DNA from: Felis catus
Lineage: Eukaryota
NCBI RefSeq assembly: GCF_018350175.1
Contig: NC_058368.1
Coordinates: forward strand, 102,736,001 to 102,800,000
DNA: 64,000 nucleotides
Direction of reading: 5' to 3'
How positions within the stretch are numbered: the stretch's first letter is position 1; the number at the start of each line of letters is the position of its first letter. Shown here piece by piece: positions 60,139 through 64,000 of this stretch. Both the position numbers and the translations under genes were made by a program. The notes beneath the pieces were generated by a model, which did not search any database, was not told where the DNA came from, and saw only the letters and a program-made list of their open reading frames with translations.

Positions 60139-62985
60139 TAATAATAAATAAACATAAAAGAATAAAAAAAACATACAGGGTTGGATGTTCTATAAATCTT
60201 GTCATACTATACAGAATAGAAAAATTCTTTATCAGTAATAAAGTAAGGTATTTACTCCCCCCCGCCTTTTTGTCCTAAAAAGTTTGTCATCGAGGTCTTC
60301 ATGGGAATATAACAGTAAATTACCCTTTAATGGAAAAATCATATTTGATTTATAGATTTCTTTTCCCTCTAAGAACGTAATTTACCAACCTACCTTTAGT
60401 TAAGAATTGTCCGTGTTGGCTAATCATTAATGCATTTCTGTGACTTCTAAGTAACTAGCATTCAAATGTGGACCTAAAAAAAAAAATCACAGTATTCTTT
60501 TCATGGTAATCTGAAATCTTGTAGGCAATGCATTAAAGCTGATCATTTGCAAATGAAGAGAAGTTACTCGCCAAATTCATAGTTTCCCATTTAAGAAATT
60601 AATAAAGATATCCCCAAATGGATCTCCATATGGATTCTGGCATAAAATTTTCTGGCGGAGCTCTGAAACTTATACGTGGATACACATCAATAATAAATCA
60701 TCGAAATCTAAGTGAACAACGAAGCCCCAGGCCACTTCCTATCAGTCAACTTTCTTCCATCTTTTGCCTTTTGGCAAGAAGTGTTTTGGCAAGCTTTCTA
60801 GGAGCGAGGTGTTAACAATGCACAAACACAAGTTGCTCTGGTGCCCAGAAGTAGCATCGCTAGATTTTTGTGAAATGCAAACTCACTCCATCATCCCCCA
60901 AAGGAAACCGCGGGATAGTGGGTACTTTAGTTTTTCTTATGCAGAAAGAAAAGAGTGTGCACTCCCAACAAGCACATAAAAACAAATAGCTTGTGGTGGA
61001 TTTCATGATAAGGAATGACTGCATCTCAAAAGTGATTTCTAAGGTTTGGACAATGACAGTGGTCAAAATTCTCCCAATAGGATATTTATACGGAATTACT
61101 GCAGCCCGCTCAGATTCAGTTGAAAATAGTCTCACACCATCAGAAAAGGAAGTATTTACACAAAAATGGAAATGATTATTATTTTTTTTTTCCACCTGGA
61201 ACTGAAATTGTTCACCGGTCACAGCTGAAAGAGGAAAACAGGCAGATTGGTGACCCTTTCTTACTTTCTCAGCTGGACATCGCGCATGTCAACGGAACGT
61301 ATCTGCACAAACAGCACACTTTTATATTCAGGAAGGGATATTTCAGAACAAGCTTTTGTAAAACAATACTCCATTTTCTGTGGTTTGGGGTAGAGCCAAG
61401 GCAAAATTTAGATTTCTTCCATTTCATAAATGAACTCCACCATAAACAAAACTAAGTCTGTAAAGCAGATTTATAATACAGCCATTGTATGGGATTCAAC
61501 ATGACGGCAAAATATCACTTTTGACAAAATCCAGGCCACTGAAAATACTTGCTGCCAGAAGCGCTTATAATTACAAGGAAAGGCGATTGGTAATGAATTC
61601 TTTTAACTCTGAATTTCAAATCTTGGGACTGAATGTGGCCCATTATTGGAGTTCAAAGGCAACTATCTCTAGAATTGTTCTTTTAATGCTTGTTGGATGG
61701 TTTTAGTTGTTCTTTTCTTGTAGGCACACAATTGTTGTCTTGATCTTTGTGATAAAAAGAGCTTCGCTAGATCTTTGTAGTGAACCCAGTTGGCTTGGTA
61801 ACATGCCTGTAGTCAGAATTCCAAAGTGGGGAAACAAAGGCTCAGAAATTATAGGCTGAGAACTGTTTGTTCAGGACTGTGGGAATCTTACTCTGGCCTG
61901 TGGAACCAATGGACTCTCTTCATTAGATCCACATTCATCCATAAACTCCCCAAATTCCTTGCCCTTTTGTCTTTTCCCAAACTAGGGCTTTAACCACAAT
62001 AAAAACAAACGTGGCCATTTCTTTTCTAAATCAATTCCTAACCCAAATTCCCAGTGTGCTAGAATTCTTCCCCTCCGTGTCATAATTCCAAAAGAATGAC
62101 ATTACTCATTCGATGTTACATTCATTTCCATAATGAGGATGTGTCAAGGGGCAAGACTTTACTTAAAGGGGTGGAGGGAAAGGGCTGCAGTGAGGTCTCT
62201 TTGAATGGTGATGACGGCTTTCTCCCTGTCCAGATATGGTCCTTTTTCCCAAGTCAATTAAATAAGCCAATAGAGTCCGGCGCGACTATTTTAGGCTGCT
62301 TAGTTTAAAAAAATTCAGTCCAAATTGAATTACAATGCAGTTCAATTAATTTCACCGAAGAACACCATAGGATGGGAAGAGAAAACGGCAATTTCACTTT
62401 TTTTTTTTTTGCTGGGTGTAAAGGTATTCTTAAACCCAGTGACATGACGACGTCATCTGATTAAACAATTGTGACTTGGAAATGCCAGGAATTTTCCTTT
62501 GTGTGCCTAAATAATGCAAGTTGAATTCAGCAGTGTTCATATAAATACTTTAATTACACTGAAGCTGTAGCAGCAGGGAGTCATGGGAAGTATGTGAAAC
62601 ACTGGATAAACATTTTAAAAAGTAAGGACCATTCAAGGTACACAAAAGACAGGACAGTCACAACAACAGCGGCAACCACAACAAACTAGGGAAGCGGGCA
62701 GCTCAGTACTTTTTATGAGCACAGGGCCCAATTGTTTTCCTTTTCTTTTTATTTCCCACCATTGTTTGGGGGTAAAACACCTAAAAAAATGGGCAAGATG
62801 AAGCCCAACAAAGCTAAGGGACCTGAAGAATTCTGAGTCGTGTCGTGTGCAAAAAGCCAAAAGAAGCCTGAAAAATAGTCAGTCGGAGAAACTGTGTTGA
62901 GTTAGGCTTGGGTGTTAGATCTGAAAACCGAAACAAGGATACACACAATTTCTTTCAGGAAAGCTTTAATAAATGGTGTTTAAAT

Positions 62986-63220
62986 TGGTTTTTTTAATTT
63001 TTTTTTAACGTTTCATTCATTTTTGAGACAGAGAGAGAGACAGAGCATGAACGGGGGAGGAGCAGAGAGAGAGGGAGACACAGAATCAGAAGCAGGCTCC
63101 AGGCTCTGAGCCATCAGCCCAGAGCCCGACGCGGGGCTCGAACTCACGGACCGCGAGATCGCAAGATCGTGACCTGAGCTGAAGTCGGACGCTTAACCGA
63201 CTGGGCCACCCGGGCGCCCC
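62986..63220 (-). mobile_element. Felid SINE
   Basis: TSD AATGGTGTTTAAAT. Confidence 0.97.
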
Positions 63221-64000
63221 AATGGTGTTTAAATGTGATAAAATGCCTTCCCAGCGTGAAATCCCACACAGACCCATATCCACGGCTCACTCTGTTTTCT
63301 ACATAGTCCTAGCCACCTTCCAAGTTTCCTTCTGAAATTTGTAGCCCCTTAGCATAATGGCATGAAAGTTTAATGTGGTGTCAGCTCCAGTGTTACGACT
63401 CACAGCCATTAATTATTGACCAAGCAATTCACGGCTTCATACAAGAAGGAAAATAAATAATGAGAAAGAAATCAGGCCACTTACCTTCAGTGGAACTTAG
63501 AGTATGGTTTTGGTTTTTTGCCCTGAGTGTCATGGAGCTCGGAAACCAATCTAAACTGTATCACTGCAAAGGTGATGAATTCTCGCTGGCATATTTACCT
63601 TGTTCTTTCCTTGATCTTGCTCTCTGGTCTCTGTCTCTCATTCTTCTTTTTTTTTTTTTTTTTTTTTTTTACTGTTTCATGTTGTATCTATTTGTTAAAT
63701 GCGGCTTAACTTTCTGAAAATAGATAGAAACCAGATAATTAAAATTACACATCCGCATAGTAAGGAAACCACATTATATATGAAAAAAAATGTTTAAGCA
63801 TACTTTTCAGGCAATGTCCACATGGGAAAACAGGCAGTGGGGAGAGAAAAGTGTGGGAGAACTGAGCTTTTGGTGGATTCTGGGCACTTTTGGGGCTGGG
63901 TTTGTCTCATCAGTCGGTTTTGCTTCTGACCAGATAATCTTTGAACACCAACATTCTGTGACTCAATAAAATGAGGAACTCCCAATAAACAAACACAACT

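Noticed and set aside
1..64000. CRISPR array, operon or prokaryotic-type system
   Set aside because: Sequence is mammalian; the dispersed repeats are SINEs with TSDs, not regularly spaced repeat-spacer units

Overview
This is mammalian (carnivore, most likely felid) non-coding genomic DNA, either intergenic or deep intronic. No intact protein-coding gene is supported, and the supplied ORFs are almost all SINE/LINE read-throughs or chance frames. About 57 tRNA-derived Can-SINEs are visible, many of the young felid SINEC_Fc type with perfect target-site duplications (TSDs). Old L1, L2, MIR, MaLR/ERVL LTR and MER5A-like remnants are also present. Three retroposition products stand out. (1) A 35-nt 5' fragment of U2 snRNA flanked by a perfect 15-16 bp TSD (2592-2626). 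(2) A near full-length, decayed RPS6 processed pseudogene (about 17150-18157) interrupted by a SINE. (3) An 8.4-kb minus-strand two-LTR ERV1-like element (44442-52840) with a PBS, a decayed gag capsid and zinc-knuckle remnant, no recognisable pol/env, and a related solo LTR nested in opposite orientation with a CAGG TSD. Several multi-kb SINE-free, TAAT-rich stretches could hold conserved enhancers, but this cannot be proven without alignments. I found no convincing novel biological system. Repeat subfamily names come from recalled consensus similarity, not from a search, and many boundaries are approximate.
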